Of a DNA stretch of 64,000 nt, positions 1 to 13,600 are shown one piece after another. Both the position numbers and the translations under genes were made by a program. Each line of letters begins with the position of its first letter. The first letter of the stretch is position 1. Source of the DNA: Vicugna vicugna (lineage: Eukaryota); contig MU058054.1 in assembly GCA_013265495.1 (NCBI GenBank), forward strand, positions 682,001 to 746,000, given 5' to 3'. The notes below the pieces were generated by a model. It worked only from the letters and a program-made list of their open reading frames with translations. It did no database searches and was not told where the DNA came from.

Positions 1-2230
1 ATAAAGGTGATTATAAAAAACACTTGGATTTTTTTTCCACCACATTTTTATTTTGGATGACATATTACATCTTCAAAAGATGAGAACATTAGAACTTTCT
101 TGCTACTCCCATCTTCTCTCCCTCACCTCCTGATTTCTGTTTGTTATATTATTATGTTCACACTGTCCAGATTTATAATAGCCACGTTCTGTTTTGAAAC
201 CATCACTGCTATGATTGTTTAGTATTAGTTCTACGTGTAAATGGATCCAGTGCTCATCAGCAGTCCTTCTGTCATGGCTTCTCTGTGCTTGAGTTCTTTA
301 TTTTGATGGGTTTTTATAATACCTGGCTTCGGTTATCAAGCAAGTCTTTCCAACGAGTGTAAAATACTTCCCTGAGCCTTGATACTTGAATTACATCTGG
401 GGTCATCCTTTCTTTTCTCAAAACTCTGTGGACATTGCACCATTGTCTTCTACAATGAATATCGTGAAATCAGATGCCAGCCTGATTCTTTTTAACCCCT
501 TCCAGGTGATTTTTTTTTCTGCCTGGATGTCTGAAAGATTCTTTGACTTTCAAGTTCAGGTGTTTAACTAGGAAATACCCTTATGTTAAGTATTCTAAAT
601 CAAAATTTCTTGGGATTCAGTGTTTTCTTTCCACCTGCAGATTCAGTTCTTTCTTCACTTCCAGAACGCGTTCTTGCGTTACGGCACTGAATCCATGTTC
701 TCGATTGTTTGCTGAGTTCTCTCTGTGGGTGACAATCGAGTGTCCTTAAATGTTGGCTCATCTTTACCTTCCATAATGTGGTTCCTGACTATTCATTCTC
801 TCCTGGTTCTTTTAGATTAGAACACTGAATTTTAGTTGAGCACAGGGCTATCCAGTTAAAGACCACATTTCCCAGTGTCCCCTGTGGCTAAATGTAGACA
901 AGTGGCCAATAAGATGTGGCAGAAGTGGTGTGTAACCCCTGGGGCATCTCTTTAAAGTGCTTGCCCTTGCCCTGGGCTGTTGGTAGCCTTCCTGTGGACA
1001 GAAACATGGGTGTGGGGAGGAGCCAGCTTCAACCATTGAAATGAGAATGTCCTGTAACCACAGGAATGAGGAGGTGATAGGGCATCAAGACAGAAGGAAC
1101 CATATCTTGGAAGACTTCCTGGAAGAGGTCCTGCCAGCCCGGGACTTCTCACCTGTGGACTGTTTTGTGAGTGAAAAGGAACTACTTTATTTAAGGCATT
1201 ATATTTTTGGATTTCCTTGTTAGCGCAACTTAGCCTGTAACAAACTAGCATGCGTATCTACTAACTTCTAATTAATTTCCTCTTTCTCCCTCTGCATTTT
1301 CTGTGCTTACAGTCTTTTCTCCGTGTCAGTATTTCAATATTCAGCAGTGTCGGTTCTGTTCTTTCTATTTATAGTTTATTTATTAGTTCCATCAAATATT
1401 TTGGTATTCAATTGATTTCCTTCTGCCTGCAACCTCCCTTTTTATCTCATTCTGCTCTTGTATCATCTCATGGTTGAGCTCTAGTTTTACTTAATTTATG
1501 TTCCTATCAAGCTGTGCTAGAATGTGAAGAAATTGTGAGAAAATTCCTTCTGTGTCTTGAGTTATGTTCTTTCCTGGGTTAAGCTTTGTCTTTTGCAGCC
1601 CGTGATCCTCCCTCCCTCCTCGCCTCCCTTTCTTTTATTAGCTGTGGGTGAAATACTGATGCGTATGCAATAGATCAGTAGGGACCGTATCGTTTCTTTC
1701 TCTCTTGTACGTACTTGGGCCGCTCCCACTTGCTCTGATGCTGTACCCCATCCCCCACTGTGGTACCAGGGTGTTTTCTCTCCCAGCTACACTTGAGAAC
1801 TGGGTGTTCAGGGTTTTCTTCACCTTTCTGTTACCTGAGGGCGTAGATGAGGGAAGCCTCCGTTTTAGGACATATGCAGTCTTTGTTAAAACATGTAGCC
1901 TCTCCTCCCTTTCCTGAGATGTATCAGGGCTTGGTCTGTCCAGTTGAGGATGAGGCCATCCCTCCCCACCCGCCACCGCCAGGACTTTGGGACACTTTGG
2001 TGGAATTCTGAAGACTTCACTTCTCTCAGGAAGAATCAGACACGTTATTCACTTGCCAATTTCACTTGTTTCTTTCAAGTCTCCTTGTAGGAAGAGGGAA
2101 AAGATAGGAATGCCTGTTTGGTTGTCTTCTGTCCAGATTTTGTAGTATTTCTGAGAATCCCAACATTCTGAGAATTTGCCAGTAGTATTTCTGAGGGCTG
2201 GGGAGGGGTTAGGCTTGTAGCCACGCTGCA
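1..2230 (-). mobile_element. Ancient degenerate L1 fragments (L1M/L1ME-like), interrupted by an MLT1 LTR
   Basis: T-rich sequence with antisense L1-like phrases such as ccattgtcttcta...gaaatcagatgccagcctgatt. Boundaries approximate. Confidence 0.5.
777..1250 (+). mobile_element. MLT1-type (ERVL-MaLR) solo LTR
   Basis: TG...CA ends. Contains the MLT1 hallmarks cacatttcccagtgtcccctgtggcta...tggccaataagatgtggcagaagtg and ttatttaaggcattatatttttgg. Confidence 0.7.
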
Positions 2231-2869
2231 CCCTTTACTGTGTTCCAGAATCTCCTGCTTGGTGAATTTAAGCAATTGTGTACAACCTGCACAGCCACAT
2301 GCAGCAAACCCTGCCCCCGCCCTCCTCCTCATCTGATGGGTGGGGAAACTGAAAATTGGACTGGGAAATGGCTAGAGCACATGCCTAATCTGACTTTTAA
2401 TTCAAAAGCACAACTAAAATGCACATCACTGCTTTATAGCCCACTTTTTTCTTGCTTCCTGAGTTCTTGAACCTTTTGAGCCAAACAGAGCTCAGATCAT
2501 CAGCTCCACCCTGATGTCCTCATAGTAAAGCCCTATCTCACTTCTTTCCTTTCCAAGTGCTGTTTAACTTAGATACAGTAGGAACCTCACTTTCTCTCAG
2601 CCTAGGCATTACCAGCGTTCTTGAAGCTAGAAGAAAACCTCCTTGGAGAGGCTGCTGTAGCGTAAAAGCAAGAATCCTGGGCTTGGAACACTGGATTTGA
2701 GTCCTAGCTCTGTCATGTAATTATCAATGTGCAGAAGTTAAGTCATTTACCGTCTCTGAGTCTCAGTTTTATCTTCTGTAAAATGGGGATATTCTTAACT
2801 TTTTTTTTTCATGACAGCCAGACAAAGAATGGCAGGGAAGGCAGAGACTGCTGGGGGAACTTCAGTGCA

Positions 2870-3180
2870 CTGCTCAGCCAGAAGCAGCATTTCCCAGGCC
2901 CTCTTGTAGCTTCAGTGTCTTTGTGGGGAGGTTCTGGCCAGCAGTATAGGAATCGTAGTGGTTCTACTGGAATGCAGAGAAGGTGTGGGGAGCCTAGCAG
3001 CCGTCTTAGAGCACAGGAGGACGGAGCAGTAACATGGGAAGTACGCGGGTGCCTGACATTACAGAGCTGCCATGTCAGCCGCAGAGTGCTCCGCTCCAAC
3101 TGTGACACGAGGAAACACTACTGTCCTGTTTAATCACTATTATTTGTTACACTTGCTAAACTCATATCCTCAATAACACA
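2870..3180 (+). mobile_element. MLT1-type LTR fragment
   Basis: Contains agcatttcccaggccctcttgtagct, and ends with tgtttaatcactattatttgttac...aataacaca. Confidence 0.55.
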
Positions 3181-4000
3181 GGGTATTTTAATTTACTCAA
3201 GTGGTGCCTCCCTGTGGAAACCAGCTTACATATATCTTCAGTTCACTCAGATTGAACCGACTTTGAAAGAAAATGATTAAAAAAAAAACTGGGGGGGATT
3301 TAAATTATTTCAAACTCTGGGTATAAAGCAAGAATTTATTATTATTATTTTACATCATGGTATTTCAAGTTTAAATAATTCAGTTTCACATAAAATTCAG
3401 CATCACTAATCTTCCGTGTGGCCATTGTAAGGAATTAATGAGTTAATATATGGAGAGACACACCATAAACTTTTTTTCATACCAGAAACTGGGTTTTATT
3501 TTTGTTTCATATAAGCATTTTATTGAAGAATAATATATACTTTTTAAGACACAGATCATAAAGTCATCAATTGATGTGTTTTCACAAAGTGGACACTGTG
3601 GGTAATGAGCCTCCAGAACGAGAAACAGATTGTAAGGCCCCCAGACGCCCTCTCACGTTCCCTCCCAGTCACTACCGTCACCCAAAGGTAACCCTATTCT
3701 GAATTCCATTACCAACCATTATTTTTCTGTTTTTGAACTTTACAAAAATGGATTATTACAGTATGTATTCTTTTGTATCTGGCTTTTTTTCTTTTAAAAT
3801 TGGTGCGAAATTTACCCATATTTTTGTATATAGCAGTATGTGCACATTATAAACTTTGAAGTTATAAATTACATGTATAGCTACAACCAGTAAGACTTGA
3901 GCCTCCAACAGCCTACTTTTTTGCATTGCTTATAATACTCCTTCTAGAATATTCTCTCTCTCTTTCTTGCTCTCTCAGCTCTGGGTACTAATTCTTGTTA

Positions 4001-4134
4001 TTTTTTTTGTTTGTTTTGTTTGTTTTCTTAAATTTCTTCTTTTCCTCCCGCCTTAACAGAGGTACTGGAGGTTGAACCCAGGACCTCATGCACGCCAAGC
4101 ACATGCTCTACCACTGAGCTATACCCGCTAGCCC
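4001..4134 (-). mobile_element. Camelid tRNA-Ala-derived SINE (Vic-1-like)
   Basis: Reverse complement reads GGGTATAGCTCAGTGGTAGAGCATGTGCTTGGCGTGCATGAGGTCCTGGGTTCAACCTCCAGTACCTC followed by an A-rich tail. Confidence 0.85.
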
Positions 4135-4469
4135 TCCTGTTAGCTTTTAAAAACTGGCTTAAAGGTAATCTCTAGGCAGTCACCACTGATCTCTTCCTCC
4201 TCTGAGTTCCTACAGCTTTTCTTTGTACTTCTCTTATTATATTTACAACATATATTCTAAGTATTTATACAGTACTCTGAAGGCATTACATAATTCAGAA
4301 CTCATCTGTCTTACTGTCCCATTTGAAGAAGAAATAGAGCAAAAAAAAGTTTAAAAAATATATAACCACTTAAGATTTATTGGAAAGGAGCAATTAACAT
4401 AACCATGATAATAGTAAATATTTTCCTTGTTGCTAAAAGTAATACAATGGCAAGGCTGAAAAAATGTCC

Positions 4470-7400
4470 TAGTTACCATTATGGTAATGGTAGAGTAGCT
4501 TAGAACAGATCGACCTTCTTGAAAAATAACAATTATAAATTCTGGATAAAATTTATTTAAAAAACCAAATATTTGAATGCACTGAGATAAACTGAAACCA
4601 AGGAGAAGCTAGAGGGGAGTTGATCTTGAAAGAATGGAAGCGCTACAGTTGAGACTTCTGTGTGTGTGTGACTTCTGCTCTGCTCTGTGACTTCTCGGTC
4701 TGTGAAATGCAAAGTGGCTTCAATTCAAAAAGAAAGGCACAGTCTTACTGGCTAGAGGAGTAAGAGGATGGAGTTTAGGGCTTTCATAAAGGCTGAGAAT
4801 GAAGGGGAACCCCAGAAAGGAGGAAGTTGCAAGGCAGGATCCAAAACTTGCAAATCAATGGCATGCAAATCTTTGGCTGACCTTCGAGTTACACGTATAT
4901 GGAGGACATTCTAAGAAGCCCAGCAAAAATGCAAAGTTAACAATTTGAAAACACTGAGCAGAGATTTCAGCTGCTACCCCCCAAGGACAGAGTTTGGAAG
5001 TTGAAACTCGCCAAATGAATTGCCTACTTGAACAAGAATCTACACAGTTGAGAGCAAGGTAACACAATTCAGACTCTGTACATCATTCATAATGTCCTTA
5101 ATAATAAAACATTACTACATATGCTAAGAAACAGGAAAAGATTATTAACACGAGAGAAATAGTCATCAATAGAAGCAGTCCCTGGAGGTTTATGGCATAG
5201 ACGGTGGTGATGGTCTTACCACACTCATCAAGTTATACATACAAAGTAGGTACAGATTTTGTATGTCAATCATACCTTAATAAAGTATTTTTTTTTAAAA
5301 AAGGAAAGATGTCAAGATAATCCAGAAGGTAGAATAAGCAGATAAGGACTTTAAAGCTGTTACTATACACATTTCAAAGAAAAAATATTATCACAATGAA
5401 CTAACAAATGGAAAATCTTGGTTGAAAAATGAAAACTATAAAAAAAAGAGAAAAGAACCAAATGGACATTTTAGAACTGAAAAGTAAAAAGTCTGAAATG
5501 AAAAGTTGGTTAGATAGACCTGACAGCAGATTGGGGTGAGGAAAAGAAAGGGCAGTGAACTTGAAGAGAGATCGATCGTTGTCATCTAAAGAACAGCAAG
5601 AAAAAATGCTCAAAAAAAGAATAGATCCTCAGTGGTCTGTGGAACAATATCATGTTGAATACTTCATATGTGATGAAGTCCCAGAAGGAGAGGAAAGAAT
5701 GTGGAGAAAAATATTAAAGAAATAATGGCCAAAATGTTTCCCAACTTTCTGGAAAACGTAAAGCTCCTAGAAGCTCAGTGAATCCCAAGCAGGATAAAGA
5801 CCAAGAAAACCACACATGGACACATCATGATCAAACGCCTGGAGGGCAAAGAGAAAAACTTGAAAACAGCTGGGCTGGGGCCGGGGAGTGGGGAAGACCC
5901 ATCCGGAAAATCAGTGATCCAAATGATTGCTGACTTCTCATCAGAAACAATGGAACTTTAAAGCACTAATAAGAAAAGAAAAGAAAAAATAAACTTGGCA
6001 ACCCCAAATTCTATTTAAGGCAATATAAAGACTTTATTTTTGATAAAAGAAGACAATGTGTCACTAAGCAGGGTATGTGTTACAAGAAGCACTTAAAGGA
6101 GGTTCTTTAGGGCGACAGAAAATGACACAAGACGGAAACTCAGGACTCTATAGTAAATCTAAAAGACTATATATTTTTCTTCATTTCTCTCAAAAACAAC
6201 TGACTGTGTAAGGCAAAAAAATTATATTGTGTAGTTTCAATACGTATAAATTACATGACAGCAGAAACACAGAGAACTGGGAGGTAAATGGAATTCTGTA
6301 GTTGCAAGTTCCTCACAAAGTTGTATACGAACTGGTACAATATTCACTTCCAGGAAACTCTAGTCACTTAAGGATGCACGTTGTAATCCCTAGAGCAACC
6401 ACTGAAAATAATACAAAGAAGTATAGTTTAAAAGCCAATAAAACAGAATATTAAAGGTTTAAAAAACCCCACATAACCCTAAGTCAGGCAGGAAACAAAC
6501 AAACAAACAAACAAGAGATGGAAAACACAGAAAACATGCAGAAAAGTGGTTGATCTACATCAAATCGTGTCAATAATTACATTCAATGGAAATGTACTAA
6601 ACGGTAATTTAAAAGCTGAGATACTCAGACTGGATTTTAAAAACGAGATAAAACTATATGCTATATATGAGGTAGGTTTTGGGTTTAAAGACACAGATTG
6701 AAGTCACAACAACAAAAAGATTGATATGCCATGTAAACAGTGAGCAAAATAAAGGGGTGGCTATGTTAATATCAGACAAAGTGGACTCAAGACAAGGAGT
6801 ATTATCGGAGAGAAAGAGGGATAAAAATCTCAATTAGTCAAGAACACATAAAAATCATAAACATGTACACCTCTCATAACGTTAACACATGAAACAAAAT
6901 TGATGAAAACTAAAGAAAGAGACAATATCTTGGAGTAGCTCATGGTGAAAAAGAATATGAAAACGAATATATGTATATTCACGTATGACAAGCATTGCGC
7001 TGCACACCAGACACTGACACAGCATTGTCAACTGACTATACTTGAATACTTGAATAAAAGGAGACAAATCTTTGATTAGAATTGAAGATTTTAAAATTCC
7101 CCCTCAGTAATTTGTAGAACAAATCGATTTTAAAAGTCAGTACGAATATAGATCTGAATGTTACCAACAGCCCCCTTGACCTGATATGTATAGACTACAA
7201 CCAACAATTGTGAGATAAACGTATTCTTTTCAAGTGTACATGAAACACCAAAATAAATTACATCCTAGGCCAAAAAACTAGTAGCAGTCAATTTCAAAAG
7301 ATGTACATGTTATAGAGTATGTTCTTTGCCCCCAGTGAAATTAAATTAGAATTCAGTAAGAATGGGAAAACTTTAAAAAAATCCCAAAATATTTCAAAAT

Positions 7401-7800
7401 TAAACAACACACTTCTAAATACCTCACGAGTCAAAGAAAAAAAAATCACTAGAAAAATTTTGAGTGATGATGAAAATGCAACATATCAAAATTTGTGAGA
7501 TGCAGCTAAAATCTTCCTGGAAACTTACCAGTCTAAGTGCATATTTTAGAAAGTAAGAAAGGTCTAAAAGCAATGATCTAAGATTCTGCTTTGCAAAGCT
7601 CTAAAAAAGAGTAAAATAAACTCAAAATAAATGAAAGGAGGAGAATAAAAAAGACAAGAGGAGAAATTAAAGAGATAGGAAACAACTAACAGAGAAAATT
7701 AACAAAACCCAAAGTGATTCTTAGAAAAGATTAATAAGATTGATAAGCCCCAGTGAGATCGATCAAGAAAAAGACGAAGCATAAATTACCAGTATCAGAA
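4470..7800 (+). mobile_element. Old L1 (5'UTR, ORF1 and ORF2 endonuclease remnants) with nested younger fragments
   Basis: A-rich + strand. ORF1-like motifs (gaagctcagtgaatcccaagcaggataa; gctgacttctcatcagaaacaatgga) and EN-domain motifs (acattcaatggaaatgtactaaac; gtggctatgttaatatcagacaaagtggac). Many stops and frameshifts. Confidence 0.8.
6924..7059 (+). mobile_element. Short L1 3'-terminal insertion nested in the old L1
   Basis: Matches the last ~130 nt of the young L1 at 53570-53700. Flanked by aaagagacaa / aaggagacaa. Confidence 0.8.
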
Positions 7801-8813
7801 ATAAGAGAAAGGGAAAAAAAAATAAAAGAGAGAGACAGAGAGAAACAGAGAACAAAAGAGAAAGAAAGGAGGAAGGGAGGGAGGAAGGGTCACCATTCTC
7901 AGCACTGGAAGGGGTCTTAGGACGGTAAAAGGGTAGTTAGTAGCAGAAGTGACCCTGGGATTGTGAACAGACTCAAAGAATGAAGTGGGGAGAGCTGACC
8001 GTGGAGGAGATGCCAGGAGAGCTATTACTTGGGACACACGGAAGTCTGAGGTGTGGGCATCGACACACCTCACAGGCCCTGAACAGCATCGCTTAAAAAA
8101 CATGGAGTTTGTTATGATGCCCCAAAGCCCCCAAGAAAATATTAAGTTCCAGTAAAATGTGACAAAGGAAGGAAACTGGGTAATATTGTCTCAAATTTTT
8201 TCTATTAAAAATATTTAAAATCCTTAAGCAAATTTCCCCAAGTTTGTTCCTCTGAGTACGGCTCTATTCTGCAGAAAAGGGTTCTGATGAAGTCTGGGAA
8301 GCATTGCTGATGGCACTGGCCGCCCTTCTCCTGAGGAGTCATAATGTACATCAGTGTGTTAGTGACTCCAGGTGGCCTAACGGTATGAAAGCAGTCTGTC
8401 TGTCTTTAACCTCATGTTTCCCAATTTTATGGGACCACAAAACTCTCGTGGAATCCCTATTAGCATTCCAAGGAATGCATTTTGGAAAAAAATGGATCGA
8501 AGGATTAATACATAGCTAACAACAGTAGCTATAATTTGTTACTATTAGACCATTCTGCAAAGTTGAAAGATAAGTGATAACTTGGTCTTACAAGGAACTT
8601 TTCTTGAAAGGAACTTGAAATCCAGTAGACTCAGGACTTTCTGATAGATTCAGACGGACAAATAAAAATCTACATAGTTCTTGCTTCTATTTTGTCTCTA
8701 ATCATTTTACTTGTAGTGTTCCAATAGACACCTTTTTACATCTGGAAAAGTAATCACTCTAGATTTTAAAAATCAGGAAAAGTAAGAGAGAATAATAAGG
8801 TACCAGTGTTTCA

Positions 8814-8943
8814 GGGAAAGGGTGTAGCTCGAGTGGTAGAGCGCATGCTTAGCATACAGAAGGTCCTGGGTTCAATCCCCAGTACCTCCTCTAAAAATAA
8901 ATAAACCTAATTACCTCCCTCCAACAACAACAACAAAAAAAAG
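8814..8943 (+). mobile_element. Vic-1-like tRNA-Ala SINE
   Basis: A box TAGCTCGAGTGG, B box GGTTCAATCC, tail aaataaacctaattacctccc...A-rich. Degenerate 19-bp TSD. Confidence 0.9.
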
Positions 8944-11361
8944 ATAAAGTACTGGCACTTCATACCTGTTATCTGTTACATCTCATACAATTAAAAAAAA
9001 ACACTGGGTTGCTTAACACTTGTGATTTTTGTGTATTGGGGAATAGAATGCTACACAGCCACTCAAACACGGTCACAATACATGGAAGGGAAAGCACCTG
9101 GAGTACCTCTGCCTTCTATATAATTTTTCTTATGTAAACTTAGGGCGATGCATTACAAATCTCCGTCATCCTTTACTCGGGACTGCATGAGAGGCAATGA
9201 GTTTAAATGGGAGTCCTTTCAGCTGAGATCTAAGAAAGTCTCTGTGAATAGGTTTATCATTTACTATAATTATTTTTGCAATTGCTGTTTATTCCCTTAT
9301 TACGGAACAGCGTGCCGGTCTCTAGGCGTTCTTGTTTAAATACCGGCTAGGGTCACAAGTGAAGTGAAGTTGGTCCTCATTTACCTCATACCAGCAGTCG
9401 GGTTGGCACGCAGCGGCAGAACTGCTGGGCTCTTTTTATTTAATTTGGCATCCCTTCCCGAGCAGTGTTGAGACTTCCGCTTCAATGACTCCACTGGGCT
9501 TTGCCATAATTTCTGTGCTGTATCAGTGAAGTCTGCAGAGGGGACGCCAGAGCAAAGCTGAAAGCAGGCTAGGACTGCTTCTAGATCAGGTATTCTTGTT
9601 TAAGTTAACGAAGGAATTAACTCCCAAATACAAATTAAGTCCATTAGAAACCACAACATTCTTCATTCAGTAAAGAGGCTGATTTTTTTAAAGAATATTA
9701 GATCATCTTGATACTGTGTGTGTGTGTGTGTGCGCGCGTAAGAGTTTATCTTCCTTGCACAGTTTCTCTTGGAATAGTTTCCTAGACTCTGAATCAGACT
9801 GTCTTAAGAAAATAGAGGTCTAAATTCTGCCTTAGCCACATGTTAATTATATGACTGGGTCTTTACACTCCTGACTTTCCTATCTGTAAAATGGGAGTAA
9901 TAATCTCCCTGATGTTCTCCGAGTGTTAAAAGTGATACACATAAAAGTCTCGGGGACAGAGTCCGGTGCGTGATAAATTGTCAATAAACGCTTTGTTAAA
10001 TGCATTAATGGAAAATGAAAGTATTAGTACTGGCTGTGAATTCTACTTCCACGGTCGGAAAACAGCTTCACCTGGTCTGCCTACCTGTCTTACGTGTACT
10101 GTGTTGATGGCACAAGTGGCAAAGGAAGGGAGCCGAAGGAAAGAGATTTTGTTCAGAATCAGAAATACGGATTGTCAGAACTGGACGATCTCTTAGAGAT
10201 GACTTGATCCAGTGCCCTAAGTTTACAAATGAGCAAACTAAGTCCCGAGGACTATAAGTGATTTGCCCCCAAATCACAGAGAAGTTAGTGACAAATCCAG
10301 GACTGGAGCCCAATGTAAATATGAACTTTTCTTGTAATGAGGATTTTCTTGTAATGGTGTTTTTTAAAAAAAAAAATCTTCCTTTAACTAACTTGAAAGA
10401 TGGTTCTCTTTTATGATTTTGTTTTTTTCTTTTTTTTTAACATTTTACGTTAATTTAATCCATCTGGAGTTTTCTTTCGCATAGAAGGTAAGGTTAGGAT
10501 TAACTTGCTGCTTTTTTCCCCAAATATTTAGCCAAATGACTCAGCACTATGCATCTAACAGGTCCTCCCTTCCCTCCTGACTTACAGAGTCACCTGTATT
10601 GCACTTTAAGTTATTTTTTATACTAAAGTCAATATCTAGGCTCACCTCTTTTACTCCGCTGATCTGTTAATTCTTATGCCCATAGGATGCTATTATAATT
10701 ATTGTAACTATATCACATGTTTTAATAAGAAGTATGAAAAGTTCACCTTCATTAATCTTTGGGGAAAAAAATGAAGCCTTTGCCCATTTATTTTTTAAGG
10801 TGATGAACACTGGCAAGTTGAAAAGAATTAATATTCCATGCAAACCAAAGAAAATCCATAAGAATTTTGATTGGAATTACATTAGATACAAAGATTAATT
10901 TGGAAAGAACTGGTATTTTTATTATAATCATTTTTCCTCTTCAGGAATATGATAGATCTTTTTATTTATTCAACTGTTCTTTGACATCATTCAGTAAATT
11001 CAAGGCACAGCCTGTAAAGATTTTAAAAACATGCAACCGTGATCTAGGAGTGAGAAAATTAATTCTACCTGAAGAGGTCTGGGAAGACATTTTTATGGCC
11101 CCAAAGAGGCAAGATCTACAAATGTAGTCGGATGAGGTAAATGCTATTTCATTACTGAACTTGACACAGCCTAACTCAGTTACACAATTCCTTAACAAAG
11201 TTATTCAGAGTTATTAACCACATACACACAAATCAAGAGCATATTTTTATTGGATTCTAACCAGAATCGGGCGCTATGCTCGATGTTGGAAATATGGTCC
11301 CTGCCCTCAAAGGGGTTTACAGTCTAGTTGGAGGACGTCTCCACGTTAAAAGTACCAGCTC

Positions 11362-11545
11362 TAGAGAGTAGATCTTAAATGTTCTCACCACACACAAATG
11401 ACGGGAGATGACAGAAGTGTTAAATAACCTTACCGCCATAATTATTTCACAATATGTGCATGCATCAATCATCACGTTGTATCCCTTAAATTTACACAGT
11501 ATTAGAGGTTAATTATATCTCAGTACAGCTTGAGAAAAAAAAAAA
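11362..11545 (+). mobile_element. 5'-truncated L1 3' end (L1MA-like)
   Basis: Runs gagagtagatcttaaatgttctcaccacac... to a poly(A). TSD aaaagtaccagctc (11348-11361) / aaaaggaccagctc (11542-11555). Confidence 0.75.
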
Positions 11546-13288
11546 GGACCAGCTCCTCTTCTTGTCCTAATCTTCGAGTTAATGTAGCTTCTCACTAAGC
11601 AGTCTGATCTTTTACTTCTATTCCCAGACAAATTTGTCTGCAAATTTCTTGGTCATCAAGGAAGCAATTTTTGGCTGGGTCCAGATCTACCCCTCAGATG
11701 CAGGTCCGAAGCACCACCCTCAAAGCTCCCTGGGCTTAGGATAGAATAAGGATTAAGAACGCCAGTTTGGAAGTCAGACTGGCTGAGTTTGAATTATGAC
11801 CCTTTGGCCTGTAGCTGTGTGACTCTGCGCAAGTTAAACAGTGGTTATTGTAGACGAATCCAGATTAGACAGCGAGTACATTTGTAAATGGCGGGGAAGA
11901 GGATGTTGGGACGGCATTTCCTTTGTAGTCAGCTACGTCTCTGGGGTGAATGCCTGTTTTCACTTTACATCTCCTGATAACCTTCCATAAGGACTGGCCC
12001 CTTTAAGTTAGAAATGGAAAAGGGTGTTTTGAAACTCAGAGAAGAGTTTTCTTAGAAACATTCTAAACAAGCTGTTGGATCCCCAGGAAACCTCATATAA
12101 GATTATTAGTACAACTGGACCGAATCTTTGGATATATCTTGGTCTCTCACCAGCATGGCATGGGGAAAGGAGAATTCTTTGGCTCAAGTGGCTCTGGCGA
12201 CTTGGGAAACACGGGGAGATAAGAGAAGCAGGGGGCTCTCGTGGAGAAGTCCCCCAAGAATGGACTGGTTCCTTCTCACCGCCTTTCTCTTTCTCTTTCT
12301 CCTCCATGCGCATCCTGTTCCTTCTAGCCAGGGTTTCTTTCCTCCTCTGGGCAGTGCAATTACTTGGGTCGGATATGTGGAGTAGTGACAAGGAGATATG
12401 TTTCCCCACCCCTGTCCCCAATTCTGAGTGTTAAACCAGAAAAATAACTATATGATCAATGTGGCCATCTCCATGTAGAGGCTGAGTGAAAAGACCCAGG
12501 CCCCACCCCAAGGAGGAAGAAGTCTGTTTAGTGTCATCAAAGAAACAGGACATCAGCTGAAGGTGAGTGTTTTGGTTTTTTTTAACGATAGGAAATTAGT
12601 AAAGAGGAAGACATTGGTCAAGAATCATAAGCTCCAGTATCATGTAGGCCTGGATCTGAATCTGGCCTCTACCACCTACTAATTATATGACTGGAGCCAG
12701 TAACTTAATTTGTCTAAACCACAGTTTTTTTCCTCAGTAAGATGGGGAAACATCACTCATTTCACTGGGGTAAGAAGCTCAGCACAGCGCAACGTAATTC
12801 ACACAGTCAAGTCCAAGTAGACAGTGGCTATTTGTCATAAAAAGTTGAATCAGAGAATCAGAATTCCTCAGTGCGCATAAAGCACTCATTGCACAGGGAT
12901 GTATTCACCTCCCTTTGGCATGGCTAGCTTCACAGATGGATGCATCAGACTATAAATGTGTGGTGCTGCTCACCATGGAGATCGTCCAACTAATTACCCT
13001 TAGTCAGTTTCCCTGCTCACTAAGCAGGCTTCTGACTGGGTTTTCTGTGTAGCTTTGTCATAAGGATACAATATGCTCGTCAGATCAGGCTGACTTGAAC
13101 ATTCAGGTCTGTTTGGCCATGATAGGTCTCTGCATAGAATAAAGCGGTGCTCCCGTTTATACAGCAGCCTCTTGGGAATTCCGCTGCACCCCAAGAGGTT
13201 GATCACCTCTGATGAAATCAACTCTCATCCTGTAAAATCAAGGATCATTCCCGAGGCTGCACCAAAGTAACAGCGCTGCAGGGGGTTC

Positions 13289-13600
13289 TGAGCTGCAAAC
13301 TACTGACCTGCAACACACGTACAGCCTGGAGATGGCTTTCTTTGAACTACACAGGGTGTTTTTAAATTATCTGAGCAAATATTTTAAAACTCAGATTTCA
13401 GCAAAAATGTGAATGTTAAGTTTCCAGCTTCTTTTGAAAACCCAGCCAAAAGGTTAGAGCTGAGGCAGTGTTTCTCGTAAGGAGGACCTTTCTCCTCGGT
13501 TCAGCATCCCAGTAACGCAGACCCAGCCCTTAGCCCCGACAGCCGGTCATTTCGGTCAGTTGATACCTGCCTGGCCCCAGAGGACTTACTTTTGCGATTC
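13289..13600 (+). mobile_element. hAT-Charlie MITE (MER102-like)
   Basis: gctgcaaactactgacctgc...tttccagcttcttttgaaaa...tacctgcctggccccagagg...tttgcga follows the recalled MER102 consensus. Confidence 0.6.

Noticed and set aside
9380..9560. Possible CTCF/NFI sites
   Set aside because: Only partial matches to consensus, not distinguishable from chance without ChIP or conservation data.
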